Source: Mobula birostris (lineage: Eukaryota). Taken from it: a stretch of DNA of 64,000 bases. Numbering within the stretch: the first letter of the stretch is position 1; every line of letters begins with the position of its first letter. Shown piece after piece: positions 12,824-24,370 of this stretch. A program made the translations under genes and the position numbers. The notes beneath the pieces were generated by a model. That model did no database searches. It saw only the letters and a list, made by a program, of their open reading frames with translations, and was not told where the DNA came from. Where the stretch lies: the NCBI RefSeq assembly GCF_030028105.1, contig NC_092379.1, positions 23,615,821 to 23,679,820 on the forward strand. The letters run 5' to 3'.

Positions 12824-13346
12824 GAAGAGAGCAACCACCTCTCCTTCTCAAGAGCTCAATTTATTGGCTGCTCAATGTGCATTGTTGTCTTTGGATATTT
12901 CACTTCGAAGATTAAAGACTGACAATTTAGGAAAATGGATTATATTAGATTTTGGAGCATTATTCATCCGAAGTCCAATTGATACTGGGGTCCATGATTT
13001 ATCAAACACCTCAATAAAGCAGATGCATGACTCTATACAAGAGAAAATCTCACTCTACATCAGTACATGTGAAATAATCAACTAATTTACGAATAATGAC
13101 ATTATTTTGTACTAACTAATCGAAACTACAAGTGGAAAATCACAGAACCAAGAGTAGGAATGAACAACAAGGAAATTATTCTTTGGCCGGCATCAAATGC
13201 AGAACATGGTTTACAGAATACATTTTCTTTTCCAGCTGAGGAGATCGATCACATGAAATTTATAAGCGCGATCATTTAAAATAAATAATAATAATAAAAT
13301 GATTTAACCTGCAGTTCTAGGAGAAAATGCATTTCGCAGCACTTAC

Positions 13347-13409
13347 TTGGTTGGACAATTATTCGAGTCCCAGTTCCAAATAGTAACCCCGTGCTGGCTG
13401 TATTATTAG
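13347..13409 (-). CDS. TRAJ: TRAJ, intact (type A)
   Basis: NNTASTGLLFGTGTRIIVQP; CACGGTG(13410)-12-ACAAATACA; GTAAGT. Confidence 0.92.
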
Positions 13410-13799
13410 CACGGTGCCTAACCCCTTTACAAATACACTAAATGGTCCCCACTATGTCCACGCTACCTTATTTCAAATAATGCGACGTATTGGCCGAAAT
13501 GTCCATTATATCGAAGTTATTTTTCTTTATTCTAGCTTCATTTTAGTAAATAGCTTTAAATAATTTTACAGTCATCTAAATCCTATGGCTGAACCCCAGA
13601 TCTGCCCCATGCAGTCAACTAAGTCCTGTTGAACTTGGATTGAATCAAGGAATCAAGCATTATTGCAACCGTGTTTCACTACCAAAAATGTTTGGCTAGG
13701 TTTCTGTACGATTTAACTTCGCTTCACAGATGCCTCTGTATGTTTGATTCCCAGTTAAAGATGCTTGGAAGAAAAAAATCGCATTTTTGACTCCCTCAT

Positions 13800-14045
13800 T
13801 TGCACTGTGATTTCCCCCTCTCTGCAGTGTAAGTTTCAACTAGGCTCTCCGGATTTCTCCCACATCCGAAAGGTGTGTGCCAGATACATTAGCTGGCTGC
13901 TCTAAACTGCTTACAGAGATGATGTGAGGTAGAATTTTTGGAAATGTGCGAAAGGAGTTGCAGGGGAAATTACTGGGTGAATAGGATTGCTCTCTGAACA
14001 GTAGAGACTCGGTAAACCGAATAGTCGCTTTCTTTGTCGTAGGCT
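13800..14045 (+). mobile_element. SINE (HE1-like), module copy
   Basis: ctctccggatttctcccacatccgaaaggtgtgtgcc...gactcggtaaaccgaatagtcgctttctttgtcgta. Confidence 0.6.
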
Positions 14046-14114
14046 AATAAATTCATTTTGAACCATCCCAAAAAATGTCACATCCTTATTGATCCACTAA
14101 TTAATTCCACTCAG

Positions 14115-14215
14115 AAACATTGAATGCTGGAAGTACTAAGCAGGCCATGCAGCATCTGTGGGGAGAAGAACAAGTGGAATCGTTTCAGGTGGAAAACCCT
14201 TCGTCAGAACAGGCA
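14115..14215 (-). mobile_element. Penelope-like element arm with hammerhead-like core
   Basis: Minus strand reads gttCTGACGAagggttttccacctGAAAcgattcc (14176-14210). Confidence 0.6.
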
Positions 14216-14734
14216 GAGAGAAGACAGGATGGTTCTGAGTTTGTGGAAGGGTTGAGAAGGGATATGTTAGACAATGGGAAGATTGTGCCATCCGATTAAT
14301 GTCTGAATGTTTGTAACATCTTATGATTTTGAATCTGATTTTAACTAACCTTACTCTGACCTGATCTGTCAGAGTTATTTTCAGTGCCTCCTCTATAGCC
14401 TCTGTCTGCACCTTAATTTATTTTCCCTTTTTCCTCTTTCCTGTACTGGCCTTCTTACCATCAACTCAACAAATGCCCAAGGATCATATTCACCGCAGCA
14501 GTGCATACTTCCCAGAAATTATTTAATAGGAAGGAAAATTTTCATTAATAAATCCTTCATTGGATTAGCAAGATATTGAGCTACCGGGCTACGTATTAGA
14601 AGAAGAAGAAGCCACACGCCCTAGTCACTTCTAATCTTTATAAAGTGCTCTCTATGAATACAACAAATGTCTGTTAATGAAATGGCTTTTTGCACTCTGG
14701 AATGTAGGCATGTTACATCATAAGTTGGACTTAC

Positions 14735-14791
14735 TGGGTTCCACCATTAGTCTGGTTCCAGATCCAAATGTTAGCTCAGTGTAGCTATTCA
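14735..14791 (-). CDS. TRAJ: TRAJ, open frame, variant heptamer (type B)
   Basis: NSYTELTFGSGTRLMVEP; CACATCA(14792)-12-GCATAAACC; GTAAGT. Confidence 0.85.
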
Positions 14792-15822
14792 CACATCACT
14801 ATACAACAATGCATAAACCCTTTACCTGTCCCTATATTCAATCTACGTCATCGAGTCTCAGATGAATATAGCAGGAAAGCAGGACATTCAGTCCAACGAT
14901 CATAATTATTTAAGTTAAAATATGCACCTTTCACCCGAACCAATGAATTAATGTAGATTCAGCTCATTCACACACTCATGGTACATGTGTATGTTGTGAT
15001 AAAATATAGCTGAAATCTTATAGCATCCATTATCCATACCATAGTATGTTGAACAGAGCATAGAACATTCACATCCTTATTGACATACTGATAAATACCA
15101 TACAGAAACAGAGAATGGTAGAAACACACAGCGGGTCAGGTAGCACTTGTGGAGCTCGCAACAGTAAACATTTCAGGTGGAAGAACCTACGACAGGCGTA
15201 GGAATGAGAGGATAGATCGGTTTTGAATTTCTGGTAAGGTAGGAAAGGTACAGATCAGACAGTGGGAAAATGTTGCTATTCAAGATTTAAGATTTCAAGA
15301 TTCAAAAAATTCATTGTCATTCTAACCGTACATCAGCTCTGCAGGGCAGAATGAGAGCGGTTTTATTTTCGTTCCACTTCTGAAGGTTTCCAATATTTCT
15401 TGATGTTGTGTCCCATCTCAATCTGTTATAAATATTCTCGGTGACACCACCATCCCTCCCCACCCTCTCTGAAACTTTGAATTGATTTATTTCTTTTTAT
15501 CTTCCCTACACTGACCCCAATAACCTCAAGACAGTAAATTCTCAAGGTCATATTCCAAGTAGCAGTATGCACCTCCTGTGAATCATACTCCAGGTAACGA
15601 ACTTCCGTCTGAATTCTGTGAATTAACCTGCGACCTATTGTACAACGCTTTAGCTGCTTTTATTTCTATTTTATTTAACCTGAGCAAAAGCACCCACTAT
15701 AAGACCTCCGAATTTGTTTTAATCTGTACCAATTGTCCTAATGCCAGCAAACCGACTTCCATCAGCAAAACTGCATTTGACACTCTACAATGCAGAGGCA
15801 CTGCACAATTATACAGACTTAA

Positions 15823-15877
15823 AGTGTCTCATCTTCACTAGTTCAAGACTCAAATGTCAGTACATTTAGGTTATTCA
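15823..15877 (-). pseudogene. TRAJ: TRAJ pseudogene (type B)
   Basis: NNLNVLTFES* ; heptamer CAGAGCA; donor TTAAGT. Confidence 0.8.
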
Positions 15878-16166
15878 CAGAGCACCATGGGTCACTATAG
15901 AAACTTCTTACCTGGGCGCAAATCAAGCTAGGTTATAGTCTTAGATTTCTACAGCATGAAATAAACTTTCGGTCCAGTATGTTCATGCTTATAAAGATCG
16001 CTTAAAATTGGAGCATTCTATACGATATGTCGAATCTGTTATAGTGGTCCCTACTTAGTTATAAAATATATAGAGGAACCCACTCAGCCTCCATTGCCCA
16101 CATCACATGATATTGACCAAAATATAGCATTTGCTTGGAAAGTGAATTAGAAAATTGCCATCGTAT

Positions 16167-16228
16167 TGGGATTCACAATACGTCTGGTGCCGATTTCAAG
16201 CACATTTTGTCCAGTCCTCTAGAAACCG
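16167..16228 (-). pseudogene. TRAJ: TRAJ pseudogene (type C)
   Basis: VSRGLDKM then frameshift to EIGTRRIVNP; CACAGTA-13-ACAAGAACT; donor lost. Confidence 0.7.
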
Positions 16229-16520
16229 CACAGTAAGTGACCCACCTGACAAGAACTCCGTTTAGTGACTGCTTCCTGTGCACCATTGGCATTGATTATT
16301 TTATTTCAAAGAAACATTCATCAATTATTTGGTAATTTTGCTCGATACGTTGGGAAAATAGCTTACTTTTATATTCGAAGCATCATTCATTCAAAGTACA
16401 ATAATTGTTACTAGGACCCATAATTAATTAAATACTTCCTCAAAATATAACCACGAAGCTCTTGCACTCACAGATGAGAACCATCAAAATAGACCACATA
16501 TTAGGGATGTCTGCACTTAC

Positions 16521-16580
16521 TGGGTTCTACAGTCACCTTGGTTCCACTTCCAAAGATCAGCTTGTTACCACCATAATTCA
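16521..16580 (-). CDS. TRAJ: TRAJ, intact (type D)
   Basis: NYGGNKLIFGSGTKVTVEP; CACAGTG(16581)-12-ACAAAATAC; GTAAGT. Confidence 0.93.
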
Positions 16581-16922
16581 CACAGTGCTGAACCCTCTTA
16601 CAAAATACCCCATGCTAATCAAACATTGGCTAACTGAATGAAGCAACATGACAGTTAGCAACTCATTTCTTGCACATTCATATTACCTATCTATGCAACT
16701 AAATGTCTGTCTGTGCTCATCTCTCTTTCTCTCTAGAGTCCACCATGTCTCTACTTCTCCATCTTTTACTCTGTATCTATCTATCTTCATATCATCTGTA
16801 TGCCTGTGGTTTTAAGTAACATGCGTGATGGCCAGTTTATTATCAGTGAAGATACAGTAACAACTCTGAACATGCGAGATTTTTTTTTGATTGAAGGACA
16901 GAATGGTTTTCTCACCACTTAC

Positions 16923-16985
16923 TTGGTTCAACAATTACCCGGGTCCCGGTTCCAAACGTTAGCTCAGTGTTGACTCCATAACCCA
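16923..16985 (-). CDS. TRAJ: TRAJ, intact (type A)
   Basis: GYGVNTELTFGTGTRVIVEP; CACAGTG(16986)-12-ACAAATACA; GTAAGT. Confidence 0.92.
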
Positions 16986-18284
16986 CACAGTGCCTGGTTC
17001 CCTTACAAATACACCCATTGGGTTTCATTAGAACAGTCATCCTCTAAACATTACATGGCTTCTTAAGGCTAAGAATGCTTCCTCAATCCACACTATTTTT
17101 TTTCTGAATAGGTTGAAATCTTTATGAAACCTCTCTAATTTCCTTGACTCCAGCCCTATATCTGCACTATACAACATCGAATTTCTGTCCAACGTAATTC
17201 CCACAAAATAATTTAGCAAGAAAAGAAAATGGCAATGTGCATAATCCAAAGGAAATCAGTGCACAGGTATCAATGAAATTTTATTCCTTCTCAGAGACTC
17301 TCTGGATATGTGATTCTCAGTAGAAAAAGTTCAGAGTTTATAAAGATTTCCCTCATTTCCCTATTGTTTGCCCTTACTCACTTGGCCCTGTTAAATTCCA
17401 TTTTCATTTTCCCTAGAATCATTACACCTTCATTGAACAATTAACCAATTCCATTCAATTCAGAGAATGGTGGTAACACTCAGCAGGGGATACACTATCT
17501 GAGAGCAGAGAGAGGAGCATGGTGAACAGCGAAGTCCATTCGCCAGAATCAGGAAAGGCATACGACACTACGGTTTTGAGCTTTAGGGAGGCTGGGGATG
17601 TTGTGGGGGGGGGGAGTGGGTGGGGAGGGTGGCGGGTGTTGGGTGGATTAACTGGTCAGCAGGAAGATGAATGCCATTCACCTGACATCTGAGTATTTCC
17701 AACATTTTCTGCATTAGTCTCCAACGTCACACAGTCAGAAATATTCCCAGTGTCCCTGCTTTGTTTGATGCACGATAGCCAATTTATTACCAGTAAAGAT
17801 GTAGCAATAATTCTGAAAATGCTAGATTGTTGTTTGTTTCCTTCCCGTTTTTGGCTGTAAGATGCTTCCTTCCCAGTCTGTCCACAAAGTGAACTTGTTT
17901 TTCTAACTTTCCTCTTCCCTGCACTGATCCCATGAATCTCAATTCCAGAAATGCTCAAAAAGCACATTCAAAGTGACAATCTACACCTCCTACAAATCAC
18001 TCTCCAGATAAGGAGGCTTCTTCTGTATTTCTATTGGATTAACAAGCTGTTGAGTTATCTGCTACCTTATTTTAATAGTGGCATATTTTGAACAGCTTTT
18101 TAAATAACTCCTGTTTCCCACCTCAGAAACCTTGCACAGAATGGACTCAGCACGATACACCCACACTAGCAATCACTAATAATCTCTATAATTTGTCTTT
18201 AATGACGATGAAAAATGCACATAAAAGCAAAACTGCATTTTGCTCTGCAGAAATTAGACAAATGACATAACAAGTCGGATTTCC

Positions 18285-18340
18285 TGGGTGTTACTTCAGT
18301 TTGGCCACAGATCCAAATGTTATCACATTGAAGGTATTCA
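18285..18340 (-). pseudogene. TRAJ: TRAJ pseudogene (type B)
   Basis: NTFNVITFGSVAKLK* ; TACAGCA-10-ACAAACACT; donor GGAAAT. Confidence 0.8.
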
Positions 18341-18647
18341 TACAGCACTGCCAATATACAAACACTACCCACACCCCAAATTCAACTTACGTTATGAAGA
18401 CTTAGATTTCTAGAACACGAAGCAGTTTCTTTGGCCTACCATGTCCGTGTCAATTTAAATTAAAATACCTAGATCTCATTTTATATGATATATCATATCT
18501 GTGTAGATTAAGTTCTTTTCCCCTATTAGTAGTGATGTATGATGCAGCATATAACTGAAATCTCTTGGCGCCCATTGCCTACTTCATGTTAGGATGACTA
18601 GAATATCGAATTTGTTTGAAACATGATTTTCAATATTAACATCTTAC

Positions 18648-18705
18648 CGGGATTAACAATAATTTAGGTGCTGCTTCCAAACAGCAATTTATTGAGCACT
18701 GAATT
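18648..18705 (-). pseudogene. TRAJ: TRAJ pseudogene (type C), RSS deleted
   Basis: NSVLNKLLFGSST*IIVNP; donor GTAAGA; no RSS. Confidence 0.8.
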
Positions 18706-18979
18706 TAGTGGCCGTTACCAGTGCACTATTATCATTGCCAATTACATTTCTAAATACTAAAATCACTTCATCACAGATACGGCAAGTGGATTTGATTAGG
18801 TTGGAGAAAATAAAGCTTATTTTGAAACATCATTCCTGCAAAATACAATGCTTGCTGTGACCTAGATTTCAGAAAATTCTCCCTGTAAGTATAAAGACGG
18901 GTTTCCAACCATTAATCAGCACTCGCACCAACAGATGGAAACTGAAGTGGGAAATTGCAGTAGGAATGTCAACACTTAC

Positions 18980-19039
18980 TTGGTTCTACCGTCACTATGG
19001 TTCCACTTCCAAATATTAGCTCGTTGCCTGCATAACTCA
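18980..19039 (-). CDS. TRAJ: TRAJ, intact (type D)
   Basis: SYAGNELIFGSGTIVTVEP; CACAGTG(19040)-12-ACAAAATAC; GTAAGT. Confidence 0.92.
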
Positions 19040-19412
19040 CACAGTGCTCAACCCTCTTACAAAATACAGCCTTCCAATGCAATATTAGCTAACCGTTGAA
19101 GCAATAATGCAGATAGGCACTCATTTTAGCGTATTTATTTTCCATATGTATTAGTCAATCGGTATGTCCGCCTGTGCATCTATCTGAATCTCACTGCTGC
19201 TTTATAGCTTCCTCTTACTTTACATATCCATCTTTTTTTTTCTTTCTGTCTGCCTATCTGGATATTTTCTGCCCCCTCCTGTAGCTTTGTTTAACCTAGT
19301 AACAGGGAAACTTATTAGTGAAACTTATCATTATTTATGATCAGGGAAAATGAGGCAATAACTCTGAGTACTCGACTATTTTTTGTTGCTGATTGGCCTT
19401 CTCAGTACTTAC

Positions 19413-19475
19413 TTGGTTGAACAATTACTCGCGTGCCGGTTCCAAATATTAACCCAGTGTTCCCTCCATAATCCA
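19413..19475 (-). CDS. TRAJ: TRAJ, intact (type A)
   Basis: DYGGNTGLIFGTGTRVIVQP; CACAGTG(19476)-12-ACAAATACA; GTAAGT. Confidence 0.92.
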
Positions 19476-19899
19476 CACAGTGCTTGACCACCTTACAAAT
19501 ACACACACTGCTTTTAGCATTGTTCACATCGTCTTACTCCACACATGCAATGTAGCGAGTGCAAACCCAACACAATTTAACATTTTTTCAAGATACTTTC
19601 ATTCTTTAAAAAATAGTTTTATCCATCTATTCAGCTCAATATCGGCCTTATGCAGACAATAGGTTCGTACGCAATTTAGCTTCCATAAGTGAAGGTAACA
19701 GAATAAAAAAAAATAGGATTTATCTGTTTGATCCAAAGAGAATCATTGCGTATATTTTTGTGTGATTTTATTGCTCTTTAGAGTTACATCTGTATCTTTG
19801 ACTCTCAGAAAAAAAAATCTGTATGGCTGAAAATCATTTCCGTAATTTTTCTATTGTTCGCCCTTGTTTGCTCAGTCATTTCTCTCTCTCCGCCCTGCC

Positions 19900-20110
19900 T
19901 CCCTAGGGTGCTCTGTCTTTTTCTCACATTCCTAAACTATGCGAGATGATAGGTTAGTAGCCCACTGTGAACTGCTCTAAGTGAGGTGCGAGAAAGAATT
20001 GTCGAGGTTATGGTGAGAAAAGGTATTAAAGAAAATTTGATGAGGGATTGATTACTATATGAACAGACCGAGACACTTTGGCGTGACTGGCCAGCTTCTA
20101 TGTCTAATGC
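19900..20110 (+). mobile_element. SINE (HE1-like), module copy
   Basis: agggtgctctgtcttttctcacattcctaaactatgcgagatgataggttag... Confidence 0.55.
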
Positions 20111-20837
20111 TAATATATCACTTTTGCACTCTCCTAGCAATCTTCCCAAAGTTATGGACGTAGTGTTATCCATTGAAAATTAGCTAATACAGGAAGATTT
20201 CAACAGGTCAGAGAGCGTCTGTGGAGACAGAAGCAATGAATGCTTCAGATCAAAAGCCTTTGATCAAAACTGGGAACGAGAGAAGAGAGGTTTTGGTTCT
20301 GGGCATGACAGAGATTCGGGGAGAGTGGACTGGATTGCCATCTGCCTAATCCCTGAGGTTTTCCAGTATTTTCTGAATTTGTCTCCCATCTCACTCCGTC
20401 AGAAATGTTCCCAGTGACCCTAACATCCCTCCCTACCTCCTCTGTATCTTTGAATTGATTTATTCAAATTTGTATTCCCTACACTGACCCCACTACCCTC
20501 AAGACAGGAAATGCCCAAGAATCTTATTCAATTTAACAGTATGCACCTCCTGTAAATTATACTTCAGACAAGGAAGCTTCCTTCGTATTCTCTGTTGAAT
20601 TAGCACACTGTTGAATTAATTGGCTACTCATTACTGTAGTCTAATGGCTAGGGATTTTGTACACCTCTTAAGTTGTTTTTATTTCTATTTTATTAAACTT
20701 GTGCACAAGCACCTACTATAATACTTTCCAGTACCCAATCTCTTTTAATCTCTAACGTTTGCTTCTAATGCCAGCAACCTGACCTCCATCAGCAAAACTG
20801 CATAAGGTACCTAGGCTGTAGTGACACAACCTAATAA

Positions 20838-20920
20838 ACTTTCTTCACTAGCTTCAGATCAATTTGTCAGCACATTGAAATTATACTCAACTCAAAGCAC
20901 CATAGACCAGTATAGAAAAC
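20838..20920 (-). pseudogene. TRAJ: Degenerate TRAJ relic (type B) with decayed RSS
   Basis: NFNVLT then degenerate; CAAAGCA-12-ATAGAAAAC; paralogue of the 15823 pseudogene. Confidence 0.55.
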
Positions 20921-21210
20921 CCTTAGGTGGTCGCAAACTCAACCCACGTTATAGGCTCTTCGATTTCCCCGGCATGAGATAGGCTTACGGTCCAGCACTT
21001 TCAGGCTTATTAAGTTAACTTTAAATTAACATCGATAATTCCATCCGATAAGTTGGATCTGTGTGGATTTTAGTTGTCTATAAGTGTTAGCGGAGCATAC
21101 GTAAGTTAATAAAATACAAATGAACTCTTCCAGCGCCCACTGCTTACATCATATTATATTGACCAGAATATAGCACTTGCTTGAAACTGAATTATAAATT
21201 GCCACCTTAC

Positions 21211-21273
21211 TAGTATTCGAAATATGTCTGGTGCCGAGTTCGAAAACATTTTAGTCCAGTCCTCCAGAAACCG
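21211..21273 (-). pseudogene. TRAJ: TRAJ pseudogene (type C)
   Basis: VSGGLD*NVFELGTRHISNT; CACGATA-13-ACAAAACTC; donor GTAAGG. Confidence 0.8.
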
Positions 21274-21578
21274 CACGATAAACGACCCGCCTGACAAAAC
21301 TCTGTTTCGTGACTGCTTCCTGTGCACTATTGTCATTGATTATTTTATTTCAAAGAAACATTCATCACTTAGGAATTTTTTCTTGATACGTTGGCAGAAT
21401 AGTTTACTTTCAGATTCCAGGCATCATTCATTCAAAGTACAATAATTGTTACTAGGACCCACAATTAATTAAATGCCTCCTCAAAATATAACCACGAATG
21501 GTCAATTATTGACAAGCTTTTTCACTCACAGATGGAAACCATCAATATAGACCACATATTAGGGATGTCTGCACTTAC

Positions 21579-21635
21579 TGGGTTCTACAGTCACCTTGGT
21601 TCCACTTCCAAATATTAGCTTGTCTCCATAGTTCA
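21579..21635 (-). CDS. TRAJ: TRAJ, intact (type D)
   Basis: NYGDKLIFGSGTKVTVEP; CACGGTG(21636)-12-ACAAAAAAA; GTAAGT. Confidence 0.92.
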
Positions 21636-21986
21636 CACGGTGCTGAACCCTCTTACAAAAAAACCCAGGACAATTTAAAACTATCTAACTGAATGAAGCA
21701 ACATGGCAGTTAGCAACTCATTTCTTGCACATTCATATTACATATCTCTGTAGCTACCTGTCTGTGTTAATTTCTCTTTCTCTCTATCTCTCTGTCTAGG
21801 GCCCACCTTCTCTCTACTTCTCAATCTTTTACTCTGTTTATCCAACTGTATATCCGTCCGTATGCCTGTGGTTTAAATTAACTTGCGTGCTGTCCAGTTT
21901 ATTATCTGTGAAGATGCAGCAACAAATCTGAAAATGCGAGATGTTTTATTTTGAGTGAAAGACAGAATGGCTTTCTCACCACTTAC

Positions 21987-22049
21987 TTGGTTTAACAATT
22001 ACCCAAGTCCCGGTTCCAAATGTTAACCCAGTGTTGACTTCATTGCCCA
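21987..22049 (-). CDS. TRAJ: TRAJ, intact (type A)
   Basis: GNEVNTGLTFGTGTWVIVKP; CACAGTG(22050)-12-ACAAATACA; GTAAGT. Confidence 0.9.
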
Positions 22050-22889
22050 CACAGTGCCTGGGTCCCTTACAAATACACCCTTTGGTCTTTGTTAGAGTCT
22101 TCCTCTGAACATTGCAAGGCTTTTGATAGCTACGGATTCTTCTTCAATCTACTCTATTTTTTTTTCTGAATAGGTTGAAATCTTTCTGAGACCTATATAA
22201 TTCACTTGACTCCTCCCCAATACCTGCAGCACACAACATCGAAATCCTGGCCAACTTAGTTCCCGGAAAATAATAAATCACGACAAAAAAAATAATGCTT
22301 ATATGTATAATTCAAAGGAAATCAGTGCACAGGTATCTATGTAATTCTATTATTCATCGGAGTGCTTTCTGCGTATATGATTCTCCGTAGAAAAAGTTCA
22401 GTGTTGAAAAAGATTTCAGTAATTTCCTTATCGTTCACCCTTACTTGCTTGCTCCTAATAAATCCCATTTTCATTTTCCTTAGAATCAACACATCCTTAT
22501 TGAACAACTAACCAATTCCATTCAAAGCAGACAATAATGGCAACACTCAGCAGGTGATACAGTATCTGAGAGAAAAGGGAGGAGCATAGTGAATAGTGAA
22601 GAGCATTCGCCAAAATTCAACCTATATTGTGGACTCTTAGATTCCAAGAACTTGAAACAGTCACTTCGGCCCGCCATGTTCATTTGTATTTAAATTAAAT
22701 ATATATACATTTAATTTTATCTAACGAATCATATCCTTGTAGATTCAGTTCTTTTCACGTATAGGTAGTCCCAATGTATGTTATTGCAAGATATAGCTGC
22801 AATCTATTGGCATCCATTACTCATTGTATGTTAGGATGGCCAGTATATCGAATTTGTTTGAAAACTCATATTCCATATTAACATCTTAT

Positions 22890-22950
22890 CAGGATTAATA
22901 ATAAATTTGGGGCCGCTTCGAAACACCAACTTATTGATCCCTGAAGATCA
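22890..22950 (-). pseudogene. TRAJ: TRAJ pseudogene (type C)
   Basis: SSGINKLVFRSGPKFIINP; RSS decayed; donor ATAAGA. Confidence 0.75.
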
Positions 22951-23266
22951 TATTAAGCAAATGATCCCCTGAGCTCGGATTAAAGGCTGTCCCAGTGTCC
23001 CCAGTGCACTATTGATATTGCTCATTTTAACCCGAATATAAAATCAACCTTTCACCTATTCGTCAAGTGACCGTCATTAATCTGGAGAAAAAAGCTTACT
23101 TTCAGATTTGAAACGTTATTCCTGCAAAATACAATGCCTGCGGAGAGTCAGATTTCAGAAAATTCTCCCTGCAAATATAGACACGAGTTTACAACCGTCA
23201 ACACACACTTCCTGCACTAACAGATGGAAACCGAAATAGAAGTTGCATTAGGAATGTAACACTTAT

Positions 23267-23326
23267 TTGGTTCTACCTTCACTCTGATTCCACTTCCAAA
23301 TATCAGCTTGCTGCCTGCATACTTCT
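23267..23326 (-). pseudogene. TRAJ: TRAJ with open frame but dead donor (type D)
   Basis: KYAGSKLIFGSGIRVKVEP; CACAGTG(23327)-12-ACAAATTAG; donor ATAAGT. Confidence 0.8.
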
Positions 23327-23676
23327 CACAGTGCTCAAACCTCTGACAAATTAGAACCTTCGAATGCAATATTAGCTGATTGCTTGAAGTAATAATGCAA
23401 ATAGCTACTTATTTTAACGTGCTTATGAATTGGCCAATTAGTATGTCCGCTTGTGTAACTATCTGAATCTCACAGTGTCCCTGCAGCTCACGCCCATCTA
23501 CATATTTATCTATTTTCTTCTTTCTGTCTAGCTGTCCGTATACCTGCCCACCTGTCGGTAGCTTTGTTTCAGTTGTGTGATTGACAATTTATTATGTTCG
23601 AAAATGTAGTGAAAATTCTGAGTAAGCGAGCTTTTTTTTTGTTGTTGTCAGATGTAGAGGCCCTATCAGTACTTAC

Positions 23677-23739
23677 TTGGTTGAACAATTACTCGAGTGC
23701 CGGTTCCAAATATTATTTCACTGTTGCCTCCATAACCCA
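23677..23739 (-). CDS. TRAJ: TRAJ, intact (type A)
   Basis: GYGGNSEIIFGTGTRVIVQP; CACAGCG(23740)-12-ACAAATACA; GTAAGT. Confidence 0.92.
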
Positions 23740-24159
23740 CACAGCGCTTGATCCCCTTACAAATACACACACTGCTTTTAACATTGTTGACAATGCCTAA
23801 CTCAGCATAATTCAATTAGTGAGCGCAAAGCCATCTCCATTTAATATTTTTTCTTCAAGATATTTTAATTTTATTAAATAGTTTCATGTCTTGTACTATC
23901 TGTCCTGCTCAATATCGGCCTCATGCAGACAATAAGTTCGTTTGCAACTTAGTTTCTATAAGCGTACGTAACATAATCATAAAATAAGATTTATCCGTAT
24001 TACCTCAAGAGAATCATGCACATAATTTCTTATGATCCTTTTCTCCTTAGAGTTACCTCTGTATCATTAATTCTCAAAAAACATCTTATTGCTGAAAGTC
24101 ACTTCCGCAATTTCTGTCTCGTTCGTCCTCATTTGCTCAGACATTTCTATCTCTGTCCT

Positions 24160-24370
24160 GTCTCCCGAGGGAGCTCCTTTTTCCTAAATCCCCAAAATAC
24201 GCGGGTCTGTAGGTTCATAGTCTACTTTGAACTGCTGCAGGTGAGGTGGAAGAAAGAATTGTCGAGGTTGTGGTGGGAAAAGGTATTACAAAAAATTAGA
24301 AGGCGAATTGATTACTATATGAGCAGGCAGAGACACAATGGCCCGAGTGGCCTTCTTCTATGTCATATGA
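24160..24370 (+). mobile_element. SINE (HE1-like), module copy
   Basis: gagggagctcctttttcctaaatccccaaaatacgcgggtctgtagg...aatggcccgagtggccttcttctatgtcatatgata. Confidence 0.6.

Noticed and set aside
16274-16291. CTGTGCAC motif resembling a germline signal joint (heptamer-heptamer fusion)
   Set aside because: No nonamers at 12 or 23 bp on either side in any copy, and the right half (CACCATT/CACTATT) is a poor heptamer.
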